DNA of 41,102 bases, taken from the NCBI GenBank assembly GCA_016930515.1, contig JAFGGO010000021.1, forward strand, positions 1 through 41,102, read 5' to 3'. This DNA comes from Promethearchaeota archaeon (GTDB lineage: Archaea > Asgardarchaeota > Lokiarchaeia > Sigyniarchaeales > SOKP01). Under the pieces are notes generated by a model. The model was not told the DNA's origin and did not search any database. It worked only from the letters and a program-made list of their open reading frames with translations. The position numbers were made by a program, and so were the translations under genes. Below, piece after piece: positions 19,157 through 27,355 of the stretch (its first letter is position 1; each line of letters starts with the position of its first letter).

Positions 19157-19684
19157 CTATTTTTTTTCTTCTATTTTTTGCTTTTCGGGCTGTCTTGCAC
19201 GGGAAAGCCTTATCAAGGTGTCTTTCATTGCTTTCACTTCTGCTCTGGTTGATATTTTTGATCCCTGCATGTTTTCCAATAATTCTTTTTCTGATAAACC
19301 CTTCTCAAGGAGTTGGTTAAATTTTTCTACGATATCGTCTCTATAAAAAATGTATTGCTTGTTTAAAAAAACGACTAACCAGGGTTTATTGTCTTGCTTT
19401 TCCGAAAGTTTGAACATTCTTTCTTGTACTTTTTGCATGGGTTTATTTAAATATCGAGCGATTTGTTTATCTTCGATTCGTTCTTGCATTTGTACGAATT
19501 TCATTAAACGGGATTTATAAACCAAGGGAGGAACGAAAGTAATGATATATATAATTATGGTAATAATTGTCAGCCAAATCGCCACCGTGGCGTTATAAAA
19601 AGCAATAATAATTATTACAAGTATTAATATAAGAACCCATTGGCGACCAATAGATTTAAAAAACACGACATATTTTTTTGGCAT
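19157..19684 (-). CDS. Hypothetical membrane protein (two N-terminal TM helices plus a basic, possibly winged-helix-like soluble domain)
   Basis: Hydrophobic WVLILILVIIIIAFY and VAIWLTIITIIIYIITFV, followed by a charged domain. Confidence 0.7.
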   Translation of the reverse strand: MPKKYVVFFKSIGRQWVLILILVIIIIAFYNATVAIWLTIITIIIYIITFVPPLVYKSRLMKFVQMQERIEDKQIARYLNKPMQKVQERMFKLSEKQDNKPWLVVFLNKQYIFYRDDIVEKFNQLLEKGLSEKELLENMQGSKISTRAEVKAMKDTLIRLSRARQPEKQKIEEKK

Positions 19685-19877
19685 TTATTTTCACTCGAAA
19701 AATTTTATGTATGGTTTAAAGATATTATTGATGACATAAAAAAATTATTAGGCTTTTGAAAGTTGGGGCGCAACAAAAACCTTTCTAAAACCATATGACC
19801 TTACCAAGAGAAAAAAGATAAAATTTAATTATTAGTAAATATTTGATTTATCAATTAATACTCGATATTAATTAGAA

Positions 19878-20057
19878 TAGATAAATACGATTCATAGCGT
19901 TTCGCTATAACACTGGAAACATTCCGAACCTGGAAGTTAAACTTATTTGCGTCGTCAATAGTACTGCAATTGCGATTTGTGGGAAATGTCGAACTGTAGA
20001 TTTGTCTACGGTCATAGTAAATAAGGTAAATACCCAGAATTGTTTTGTATTTATCTA
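19878..20057 (+). other. Pre-5S processing stem with bulge-helix-bulge-type motif
   Basis: TAGATAAATACGA (19878-90) pairs with TTGTATTTATCTA (20045-57). AACA (19909-12) pairs with TGTT (20041-44). There is a 3-nt bulge AAT (20038-40), a 4-bp helix CTGG (19913-16) / CCAG (20034-37), and AAA (19917-19). Confidence 0.75.
19919..20039 (+). rRNA. rrf: 5S rRNA, circularly permuted gene (canonical 3' part 19919-20000, TTTG linker 20001-20004, canonical 5' part 20005-20039)
   Basis: 5S hallmarks CATTCCGAAC, GGAAGTTAA and AGTACTG..GCGA..TGGGAAA precede CGGTCATAG..TAAATACCCAG. Helix I is ACTGTAGA (19993-20000) / TCTACGGT (20005-12). Helix II is CTTATTTGC (19942-50) / GTAAATAAG (20017-25). Helix III is CTGG-AA-GT (19930-37) / ACCCAG (20032-37). 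Confidence 0.88.
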
Positions 20058-20061
20058 CGAC

Positions 20062-20091
20062 TGCTTTTGAAAAAGCAAATATTTTTGCTTT
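20062..20091 (+). terminator. Overlapping hairpins downstream of the 5S precursor, putative terminator
   Basis: TGCTTTT-GA-AAAAGCA (20062-77) overlaps AAAGCAAA-TATT-TTTGCTTT (20072-91), with T runs. Confidence 0.4.
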
Positions 20092-20291
20092 AAAATTTTA
20101 AAATGTAAAATCGTACCTTTAATGATTAAAAAAATTTCCCTAACACATTATAAATGATTACTAATTAATGAGGAATTAGCAAAATCTTATTATGATTGAT
20201 TAATTTAATTAATCAAAGATTCTTAAATAAAATTGAAACTTAGAATAGTTTTAAGTCTTTTTCAATCATAAAATAGTATATATTTCTAAAA

Positions 20292-21890
20292 ATGGCTTTT
20301 AAATTAGAAGATGTTAGTGGTATTGGGAAAACAACGGCAGATCGCTTACGATCCGCAGGAATTGACGATGTCAAAAAGTTAGCAGCTATTAGCGTCGACG
20401 ATCTAATCGCAATTAAAGGATTTAGTGAAGCTAAGGCTAATTCTCTCATAGAAAACGCGAAAAAATTAATTGAAAGTTCAGCAACGCAAACTACATCCAA
20501 AGATTTAAAAATCCAGAAAGAAACACCATCTAAACTGCCGATAAAAAAAATAGAAGAAAAACAGGAGAATTCGGTAAAATCCTCAAAATCTGGCGGCGCT
20601 AAACCTCGTACTAAGATTTCATTCAAGGACGCAATTAAAAAACAAGCAGAGTGCAATATTGGTCTTGTAGGCCATGTTGATCACGGGAAGACTACATTAG
20701 TAAAAGCTCTTACTGGAGATTGGACTGACAGACATTCAGAGGAACAGGAAAGAGGAATTTCAATCAAACTAGGATATTCTGACGCTACGATCTTGTATTG
20801 TCCTTCCTGTAATCTATATTTAACAGCATATATGGCTGAAGTTGAAAGACAAAAAGGGCAATCTCGTTCTGCTTGCCCTAAGTGTGGAACAGAACTAGAA
20901 TTTAAACGCAATATTTCTTTCGTTGACGCCCCCGGTCACGAGATCTTGATGGCAACCATGCTTAGTGGTGCATCGCTAATGGATGGAGCTTGCTTATTGA
21001 TTGCCGCCGATGAAGATTGTCCTCAACCACAAACGAGGGAACACTTGGCAGCATTGAATATTGCTGGAATAAAAAGAATTATCATCATACAAAATAAGAT
21101 AGACGCCGTCACCAGGGAAAAAGCGCTTGAGAATCATAAGCAGATTAAAAATTTCGTAAAAGGAACCGTAGCTGAAGGCGCCCCTATCATACCTATCTCT
21201 GCGGTATTTGGAGCAAACCTTAACCTCATCGTAGAAGCTTTCGAAGAGATCATTCCTACACCAATACTTAAAGAAAACGAAGATTTTGAATTTTTAGTTG
21301 CTCGCTCTTTTGACATTAATCGTCCTGGTAAAGCTATAGAAGACCTCCGAGGTGGTGTTATAGGTGGATCCGTTTTAAAAGGAAAAGTCAAGATTGGAGA
21401 TAGGATAGAGATAAAGCCTGGATTACATGTAAATAACGATTATGTTCCGATAAAAACAACTGTAGTAAGTATCAGTCAAGGAAAAAACCAGTTTGAAGAA
21501 GCAAAACCTGGTGGTCTCGTTGGACTTGGAACATTGCTCGATCCCGTCCTTACAAAAGGAGATTCTCTCATTGGACAACTCGTCGGAAAGGAGAATTCGC
21601 TCCCTGATGTCATTTCTGAGATCGAGCTCGATATTCACTTGCTTGATCGCGTATTAGGAACGGAAAATCAAATTAAAATTTATGAATTGAAACATAACGA
21701 AAAGTTATTATTGGTCGTTGGGACGGAAAAAACAGCAGGTACGGTTTCAAAAATCATGAAAAATACTTATGTGCTCTCATTAAACCCTCCAATATGCCCT
21801 GCGGAGAATTTTATTTTTGCCATTTCTCGTATCATAAATAGACGTTATCGCCTCATCGGCTATGGTATTCGTGTTAATGGTCAAAAATAA
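20292..21890 (+). CDS. eif2g: Translation initiation factor aIF-2 gamma with N-terminal helix-hairpin-helix fusion
   Basis: NIGLVGHVDHGKTTL, ERGISIKLGY, CPSC/CPKC zinc knuckle, DAPGHEILMATMLSGA, QNKID, RSFDINRPG, RYRLIGYG. An extra ~115 aa precede the G domain. Confidence 0.95.
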   Translation: MAFKLEDVSGIGKTTADRLRSAGIDDVKKLAAISVDDLIAIKGFSEAKANSLIENAKKLIESSATQTTSKDLKIQKETPSKLPIKKIEEKQENSVKSSKSGGAKPRTKISFKDAIKKQAECNIGLVGHVDHGKTTLVKALTGDWTDRHSEEQERGISIKLGYSDATILYCPSCNLYLTAYMAEVERQKGQSRSACPKCGTELEFKRNISFVDAPGHEILMATMLSGASLMDGACLLIAADEDCPQPQTREHLAALNIAGIKRIIIIQNKIDAVTREKALENHKQIKNFVKGTVAEGAPIIPISAVFGANLNLIVEAFEEIIPTPILKENEDFEFLVARSFDINRPGKAIEDLRGGVIGGSVLKGKVKIGDRIEIKPGLHVNNDYVPIKTTVVSISQGKNQFEEAKPGGLVGLGTLLDPVLTKGDSLIGQLVGKENSLPDVISEIELDIHLLDRVLGTENQIKIYELKHNEKLLLVVGTEKTAGTVSKIMKNTYVLSLNPPICPAENFIFAISRIINRRYRLIGYGIRVNGQK

Positions 21891-21910
21891 ATTTACTTAA
21901 AAAATTTAAA

Positions 21911-22237
21911 TTATGAAGAATAGGACAAGAATATTTCCCTAATCTTGCCTTTGACTAAATTAATTCCTTGAGTTTGAAAGATTTTTTGTAGTTCAGAAAT
22001 AACTTTCTCTTCTGTAGTGCTCTCTCTTGATTGAGAAATTTTAATCTTTGTTTCAAATAAAACCAAAAATTCTTCTACTTTTGAAAGAAAATGAAGGATG
22101 ATTTCAACTTCCTTTGCGTTTGAAATTTCTGTTGATTGCTTGATCTCTTTGAATTCGTAAAAGAGTTCATCCATTATTCTCTTTTTTTCCAGAAATTCTA
22201 TGAAATTCTCGATATTATCAATGAAAATAACGATCAA
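21911..22237 (-). CDS. Hypothetical protein
   Basis: 108-aa ORF directly downstream of 22239-23942 on the same strand. Confidence 0.6.
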   Translation of the reverse strand: MIVIFIDNIENFIEFLEKKRIMDELFYEFKEIKQSTEISNAKEVEIILHFLSKVEEFLVLFETKIKISQSRESTTEEKVISELQKIFQTQGINLVKGKIREIFLSYSS

Positions 22238-22238
22238 T

Positions 22239-23942
22239 TTAATTTAGGGCCATTTTTTTATTTTTCTTGTATAAAACATATCCCGCACCCAATAAGGCAG
22301 TGCTAAAAACTCCGAGAACGATCAACCAAGTTGGAAAATGAAAAATAGGCGTTGAAACCAAGTTTATACTTTTATAAGAACTGACCGTATATGAACCTTG
22401 ATGCGTTCCAAGCCAATAAACATCAATTGTAAAGTCACCATTTGGAACATTTCCTATAAATATCTCAGATCGGATGTCCGTTGTTTGGGTTGAAAGCGAT
22501 TGTGATGTGTTCTGGGACATGTAAGATCCATAAGGTTGTCCACAATAATAGACGACGATCTGCAATCCAGATATGGGCATGCCAATGTTATCTGTAACTT
22601 TCACGTGTAAATCTTGAGACGGAACGTATTCTATTGTAATGGGACAAGTCTCCCCTAATATCATATATGGCAAGGTTATATTCAAACCCCATTTTTCTAA
22701 CTTATTCGAAGATATATAATGAGGATTTTCCACCCAGTCCTCAACACTTGCGTTTTGTATGATTACTTCTCTACCGAATTGAGACGATGCTGTCACGTTT
22801 TGGTTGTAGGATATCGATCTTTCAAAAATTTTCACGCTTCCAACATAAATATCAGACGGTCCTGAGGTAATTTTAGGAAAATATATTCTTTGTCTTACAT
22901 CTCTTCCTTTTGCGAGTCTATCGATGGTCCAAAAACCGTCTACAGGTTCGAGAAACGATATATTAAAATCCGCAGTAAAATCCAAGGAAAACGAGCTTTC
23001 GTTTAATGAAATGAATCCGGTGTTGAACGAATCGTCTGGGTTCAAGTATTTTGACAGTTCTTTAGAGTCTCCGCTTATTTCAAGGGCATAGTCCCTTAGT
23101 AGCTCCTTATTAGGGAGGCTGATGGTTAAATTTATCAGAGTTTTTGAAGATATAATGGTACTTCCGAGAGAATCGTTGTGTTGGTATCCCTTTATTTGAA
23201 AGTAATAATTATACTTTGCTTCAATGGTTTGTTCTTGTTGGGTTACTATAATATCATCTGAATTACTTTGTTCTAATACCCAGGGGTTTATCGTTAGGTC
23301 GTATTCTAATATGATGTACATCGTGAAGTTGAGTTCGTCTATATCGTTATAATGTTGTCCGTAATTAAAGACGAGAAAGTCGTTATCGTCAATTTCGAAA
23401 TTAATATCTTCGATTTCTTCGAAACCTTCTGTCGAATTTACTTGCAAGTTAATAATGCGAATGGGTGTCAAAAGCGACCGATATATCAAATAACCTTCTG
23501 GAAGCATTGTCTTATTAAATTCCACATTCACGCTTTCGTTCAAAAGCACGGTCAGTTTGATGTTCTCAACTACATCATTGGAGACTCTTTTTCTACAAGC
23601 GGGATTGGTGGTATTTACGAACTCAGTGCTAACATACGACAGGTTAAGAGCACCGCTAGAATAATCGTCTACAAGTTCAGAATATTCGCTATCTGCATAA
23701 AATCCCATCCCCAATTCTTGAAATTCCATATCGCTTGCGCTTATCACTCCTCGCACCTGATCGGTGTAATCAATTAAAGATTCGTAATCCTGTGCTGAAA
23801 AATCTTGTATATTCAACAAAGATTCGTCTAGAGATTGTGCTCTTGCTCGAACGGGAAATATCATGTCGAAAGCCAATATCGTTCCAATAAAAAAAGTTAC
23901 CGTTAAAAATAAGGCGATTTTAGCGTGTTTTGTCTTGTTCAT
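22239..23942 (-). CDS. Cell-surface (glyco)protein with signal peptide and C-terminal TM anchor
   Basis: N-terminal basic-plus-hydrophobic segment, acidic beta-rich body, about 14 N-x-S/T sequons, C-terminal WLIVLGVFSTALLGAGYVLY followed by KKNKK. Confidence 0.8.
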   Translation of the reverse strand: MNKTKHAKIALFLTVTFFIGTILAFDMIFPVRARAQSLDESLLNIQDFSAQDYESLIDYTDQVRGVISASDMEFQELGMGFYADSEYSELVDDYSSGALNLSYVSTEFVNTTNPACRKRVSNDVVENIKLTVLLNESVNVEFNKTMLPEGYLIYRSLLTPIRIINLQVNSTEGFEEIEDINFEIDDNDFLVFNYGQHYNDIDELNFTMYIILEYDLTINPWVLEQSNSDDIIVTQQEQTIEAKYNYYFQIKGYQHNDSLGSTIISSKTLINLTISLPNKELLRDYALEISGDSKELSKYLNPDDSFNTGFISLNESSFSLDFTADFNISFLEPVDGFWTIDRLAKGRDVRQRIYFPKITSGPSDIYVGSVKIFERSISYNQNVTASSQFGREVIIQNASVEDWVENPHYISSNKLEKWGLNITLPYMILGETCPITIEYVPSQDLHVKVTDNIGMPISGLQIVVYYCGQPYGSYMSQNTSQSLSTQTTDIRSEIFIGNVPNGDFTIDVYWLGTHQGSYTVSSYKSINLVSTPIFHFPTWLIVLGVFSTALLGAGYVLYKKNKKMALN

Positions 23943-24199
23943 CGTTTTTCTAACTTTTATGATGTTAATGGCATATATTTAAAAATTGTATGATATGATA
24001 ATTTTGTGTTCATTATATTTTTTATCAATTGTTTTTTAGTCTGTTTTTTATAAAAATAATGATGCGAGAAAGAGAAAAAAAAAATTCTGGAATTTGTAGA
24101 TGTCCCCTCTTATCATTGAAGGGGGCAAATCTTTTTTTAGAATGTAAATACTGTAATTAATATAAAAATAATTTTTACCTCCTTTCTTGATTGATATAA

Positions 24200-25576
24200 A
24201 TGAACCAAAACCCAGATAAAACATCTTTTCTCGGAGATCTTGACAACGCCGTAGATTCATTCGTGGATGGAAAGTTCGATAAAGTAATAGCAATATCTCA
24301 CAACGATGCTGATGGAATTAGTAGCTTGCAGTTAATATTACACCTTTTTGTAAAGATGGGAATAGAATACGATTATTTCATATACAATCGTTCCGTTTCT
24401 TGGGCAAACTACTTGAGTGGTATTCTATCTAAAAGGCAATCTGAAAATGTTGCTCTTGTTTTTACCGATGTAGGCTCAAACCTCCACGAACTAATTCCCA
24501 TCATAAAAAGTAGGAAAGAAAAATTCTTCATTCTTGACCACCACGAGGTGGATGCGAATTATAGATTTGCACTAATGCCAGAGAATCTGTATTTCGTCAA
24601 CCCTACCATATATGGTTTTGATGGTCTTGAGCACATTGCGGGTGCGACGGTGGCTTATATGTTTGCGAAACGAATTAAACCGTCCTTAATAAAATTAGCC
24701 TGGTTAGCGATTATTGGAATTGCGGGCGATTCCCTAATGTCGACAGACAACCTCCAGTCGTTTAATAAGGAAGTATATCAAGAGGTATTAGACGAGGAAA
24801 TCATCCAAGAAAAACGGGGATTGATATTATTTGGGGCAATGTTCGATTCTATCAAAAACAGCCTTAAATATAGTATATTACCTTTCTTAAAAGACTTAGG
24901 AGGAGAAAGCGATCAAACCGTAAAATCTTTTTTATCAAATCACAAAATTAATCCCAAGAAAAAAGTCATTGATTTAGGCGAAGATGAAATCAACATCTTG
25001 GCGGAAAAAACGGGTGCAAAAATAGGAAACTTTGCTTTCCTTCACCAGAAACAGGGAATGCTTCAGTTTACATTTGAACATGCGCTTTTATTAAATATTT
25101 TATGTTTTAAAAATATTAGCGCCGCGCTTTCGATTATCCAGCTTAATAAAGTAACTCGCTATGCAAAAGACTTGTATTTTGAGTATATAGATAACCTTAC
25201 AAAAAATATGAAAATCCTTTCCACCGAACTCCCACGACTCGAAACGAATAAAGCAATTTTTATTGATGTTTTGGGAAAGATACCTCCGAGTAGCTGGTCC
25301 GATACCGCAAGTTTTAGTTCCGTGAACGATCTCTTGGATCCAACTAAAGTACTTGTTTTGGGTGGAGAAGAACAAAAATCAAGAACAATTAAGCTTAGCA
25401 TACGGTGTTCTAGACAATTTTTGGAAAAGAACCACGGAGAAGGCGTTAACAAGCTAATAGAACGAATAAAAGCCGATTTTGGGGGAATGGGTGGGGGTCA
25501 CAAGTTAGCTGGTGGAATTCGGCTATCAAAACCATCTTATAACCTTTTAAAATCAAAAATCGACGATTATATATAA
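24200..25576 (+). CDS. DHH-family phosphoesterase (archaeal RecJ/GAN/Cdc45-like)
   Basis: SHNDADG, FTDVGS, ILDHH, VNPTIYGFDG, AIIGIAGD, and DHHA1 motifs LSIR...GGGHKLAGG. Confidence 0.88.
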   Translation: MNQNPDKTSFLGDLDNAVDSFVDGKFDKVIAISHNDADGISSLQLILHLFVKMGIEYDYFIYNRSVSWANYLSGILSKRQSENVALVFTDVGSNLHELIPIIKSRKEKFFILDHHEVDANYRFALMPENLYFVNPTIYGFDGLEHIAGATVAYMFAKRIKPSLIKLAWLAIIGIAGDSLMSTDNLQSFNKEVYQEVLDEEIIQEKRGLILFGAMFDSIKNSLKYSILPFLKDLGGESDQTVKSFLSNHKINPKKKVIDLGEDEINILAEKTGAKIGNFAFLHQKQGMLQFTFEHALLLNILCFKNISAALSIIQLNKVTRYAKDLYFEYIDNLTKNMKILSTELPRLETNKAIFIDVLGKIPPSSWSDTASFSSVNDLLDPTKVLVLGGEEQKSRTIKLSIRCSRQFLEKNHGEGVNKLIERIKADFGGMGGGHKLAGGIRLSKPSYNLLKSKIDDYI

Positions 25577-25582
25577 ATACTT

Positions 25583-25885
25583 TTATTTTTTAAATAATTT
25601 CTGAATGAATTCATTCTCGGTTATATCTTCTGAAAAGATTATCTTTAGAGTCTTATGAACGGATTTTATTCCAGAAAGAATTTGAATGTGATTTATGGGA
25701 ATGTTTAGTTTTTTCTTTAGAAATTTTAACAATTCGTAGTTGGCTTTATTTTGTTCTGCTTTTGATCGAACGGAAATCTTCACAATTTCATCGTTTATTG
25801 CAATACCTTCTTTTTTTGAGTTTGGTTTTACCTTTACATGTAAGATAAATGTATTATTAGATGCTTTTTCAAGGAAATCAGGCAC
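25583..25885 (-). CDS. DUF167 (YggU/UPF0235) protein
   Basis: VKVKPNSKK...AEQNKANYELLKFL...IQILSGIKSVHK. Confidence 0.88.
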   Translation of the reverse strand: MPDFLEKASNNTFILHVKVKPNSKKEGIAINDEIVKISVRSKAEQNKANYELLKFLKKKLNIPINHIQILSGIKSVHKTLKIIFSEDITENEFIQKLFKK

Positions 25886-25904
25886 GAAAGAAAAATCTCC
25901 TCCT

Positions 25905-26270
25905 TTAAGATCCGATCTTGATCATCTTGCCACATTTCAAGCAAATTATGAAGTGCGTCATTCCCTCGTCCGCTCTTCTGGTCTGTCTGGTTTCGAGCTG
26001 GGCCTTATCGTAACCACAACGACGGCATCTGAAGTTTTTTATAGTAGATTTCAAGTTTTTTTCCTTCCAATCCATTATTTCGATAGTACTAGTAACTTCT
26101 TCGTTTAATGAATGCTCGATCGTGGTTTTCAATTTGTAGGACTCGTTTTCATCGTCATCAATGGACTTTATTGCCCCACACTTGCATTTCAATACTCTTC
26201 TTGCTCCAATTCCCTGTCCCGTGGTGGAAGGAAGCATCAATCCGCCACATTCGTCGCAAAATTCCACCAT
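25905..26270 (-). CDS. tfs: Transcription factor S (TFS / RpoM family)
   Basis: EFCDECGGLMLP...CKCG in the N-terminal ribbon; CRRCG...QTRRADEGMTHFIICLKCG in the C-terminal ribbon with the catalytic DE. Confidence 0.92.
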   Translation of the reverse strand: MVEFCDECGGLMLPSTTGQGIGARRVLKCKCGAIKSIDDDENESYKLKTTIEHSLNEEVTSTIEIMDWKEKNLKSTIKNFRCRRCGYDKAQLETRQTRRADEGMTHFIICLKCGKMIKIGS

Positions 26271-26338
26271 GTTAAGTTATTAATCAGGCTATTCTAAAAT
26301 AATATAAACCGTCTTTCAACAAAAATCTATCCTTGTGA

Positions 26339-27328
26339 TTAAAATTTAAGTCCAAAAATTAGTGCACAAAATAGGACGCCTGCTATTAAATCCGCAGTTG
26401 TTCCTGGATTTAGTTTTCCTTTGCATTCTTGAAGCTCGAGATCAAGTTTTTTTGTGAGCTTCAGCCCTTCTTTTGAAAGAATCCCTCCTTTTTCTAGAAT
26501 TTCAGACGCTTTCTCCGAAAGATTTTGCGCTGCTTCAATCCCTGTTTTTCTTATAACGAGCGAATCGTTATGTTTTGATAATATTTTCAAGTATGTGTGG
26601 ACGGTGGTAATGTTTACATCATTTGTTCTATTAAATTCTGCAACATAATACGGAAAACCTTCCTTTAGAATGATTTCGAATCCCGATGAATATTCGCTTG
26701 CAATTAAATCGCGCTCTCTGGAATACATGAAAATCTCCTTTAAAGTAACATTGTTTTCCTCAAGTTCTTTAATGGAATTCTGATTGTTTAGGTCGTAATG
26801 CTCGCTTGTGCCAAGCCCGCCGGGCTCGCAAGTATTTATTGCTTCGTACAATAGGATTGTATCTTCCAATGTTGCGCATTCAATAATCTGAGACACAATT
26901 TTTGAAAATTCCTCGATTGATGTGCTATTGGTTTTTATACAGGCGATACAGGCAGCAACAAGAGGTCCCAATATTAGCACGTGACCAAGTAAAACATTTC
27001 CTCCCTTTTGCCATTTCATCATGTGAGTGGTTGCATCCTTAAAGAATGCTCCTAAATGAATTTGACTAAAATCTGTTTTTTCTCCCGATTCCATTATCTT
27101 TTCCACATTCTTACACAGGGTGAAATAAGACGGTACTATTGCCGCAATTCCAGCTAAAAAATGCTCAAAACGAGTCTTAGGAAAGTCTCTCGTGCGATGC
27201 ACGTTTCCAGGTTTAGGGTGTCCTGAGAGCTCAAGTAGACTAGCTAAATTAGCGCACCTGACAACGTCTTCGAAAGAATCGATTGTAATGAAATGCGGTA
27301 TTGACATGATTAAATGTAAGGGCCGCAA
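26339..27328 (-). CDS. citG: Triphosphoribosyl-dephospho-CoA synthase family (archaeal CitG-like)
   Basis: LELSGHPKPGNVHR, NVLLG, PGGLG, DSLVIRKTG, LNPGTTADL. Confidence 0.88.
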   Translation of the reverse strand: MRPLHLIMSIPHFITIDSFEDVVRCANLASLLELSGHPKPGNVHRTRDFPKTRFEHFLAGIAAIVPSYFTLCKNVEKIMESGEKTDFSQIHLGAFFKDATTHMMKWQKGGNVLLGHVLILGPLVAACIACIKTNSTSIEEFSKIVSQIIECATLEDTILLYEAINTCEPGGLGTSEHYDLNNQNSIKELEENNVTLKEIFMYSRERDLIASEYSSGFEIILKEGFPYYVAEFNRTNDVNITTVHTYLKILSKHNDSLVIRKTGIEAAQNLSEKASEILEKGGILSKEGLKLTKKLDLELQECKGKLNPGTTADLIAGVLFCALIFGLKF

Positions 27329-27355
27329 ATATATAAGTAGTAGGCTCGTGGTGAG

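Noticed and set aside
19878-20008. Conventional (non-permuted) 5S rRNA using the leader as its 5' end
   Set aside because: A terminal helix can be drawn (TAGATAAAT/ATTTGTCTA), but helix II (GCGTTTCGC vs CTTATTTGC) and helix III (ACACTGG vs CTGGAAGT) do not pair. The downstream segment 20005-20039 pairs fully in helices I-III.
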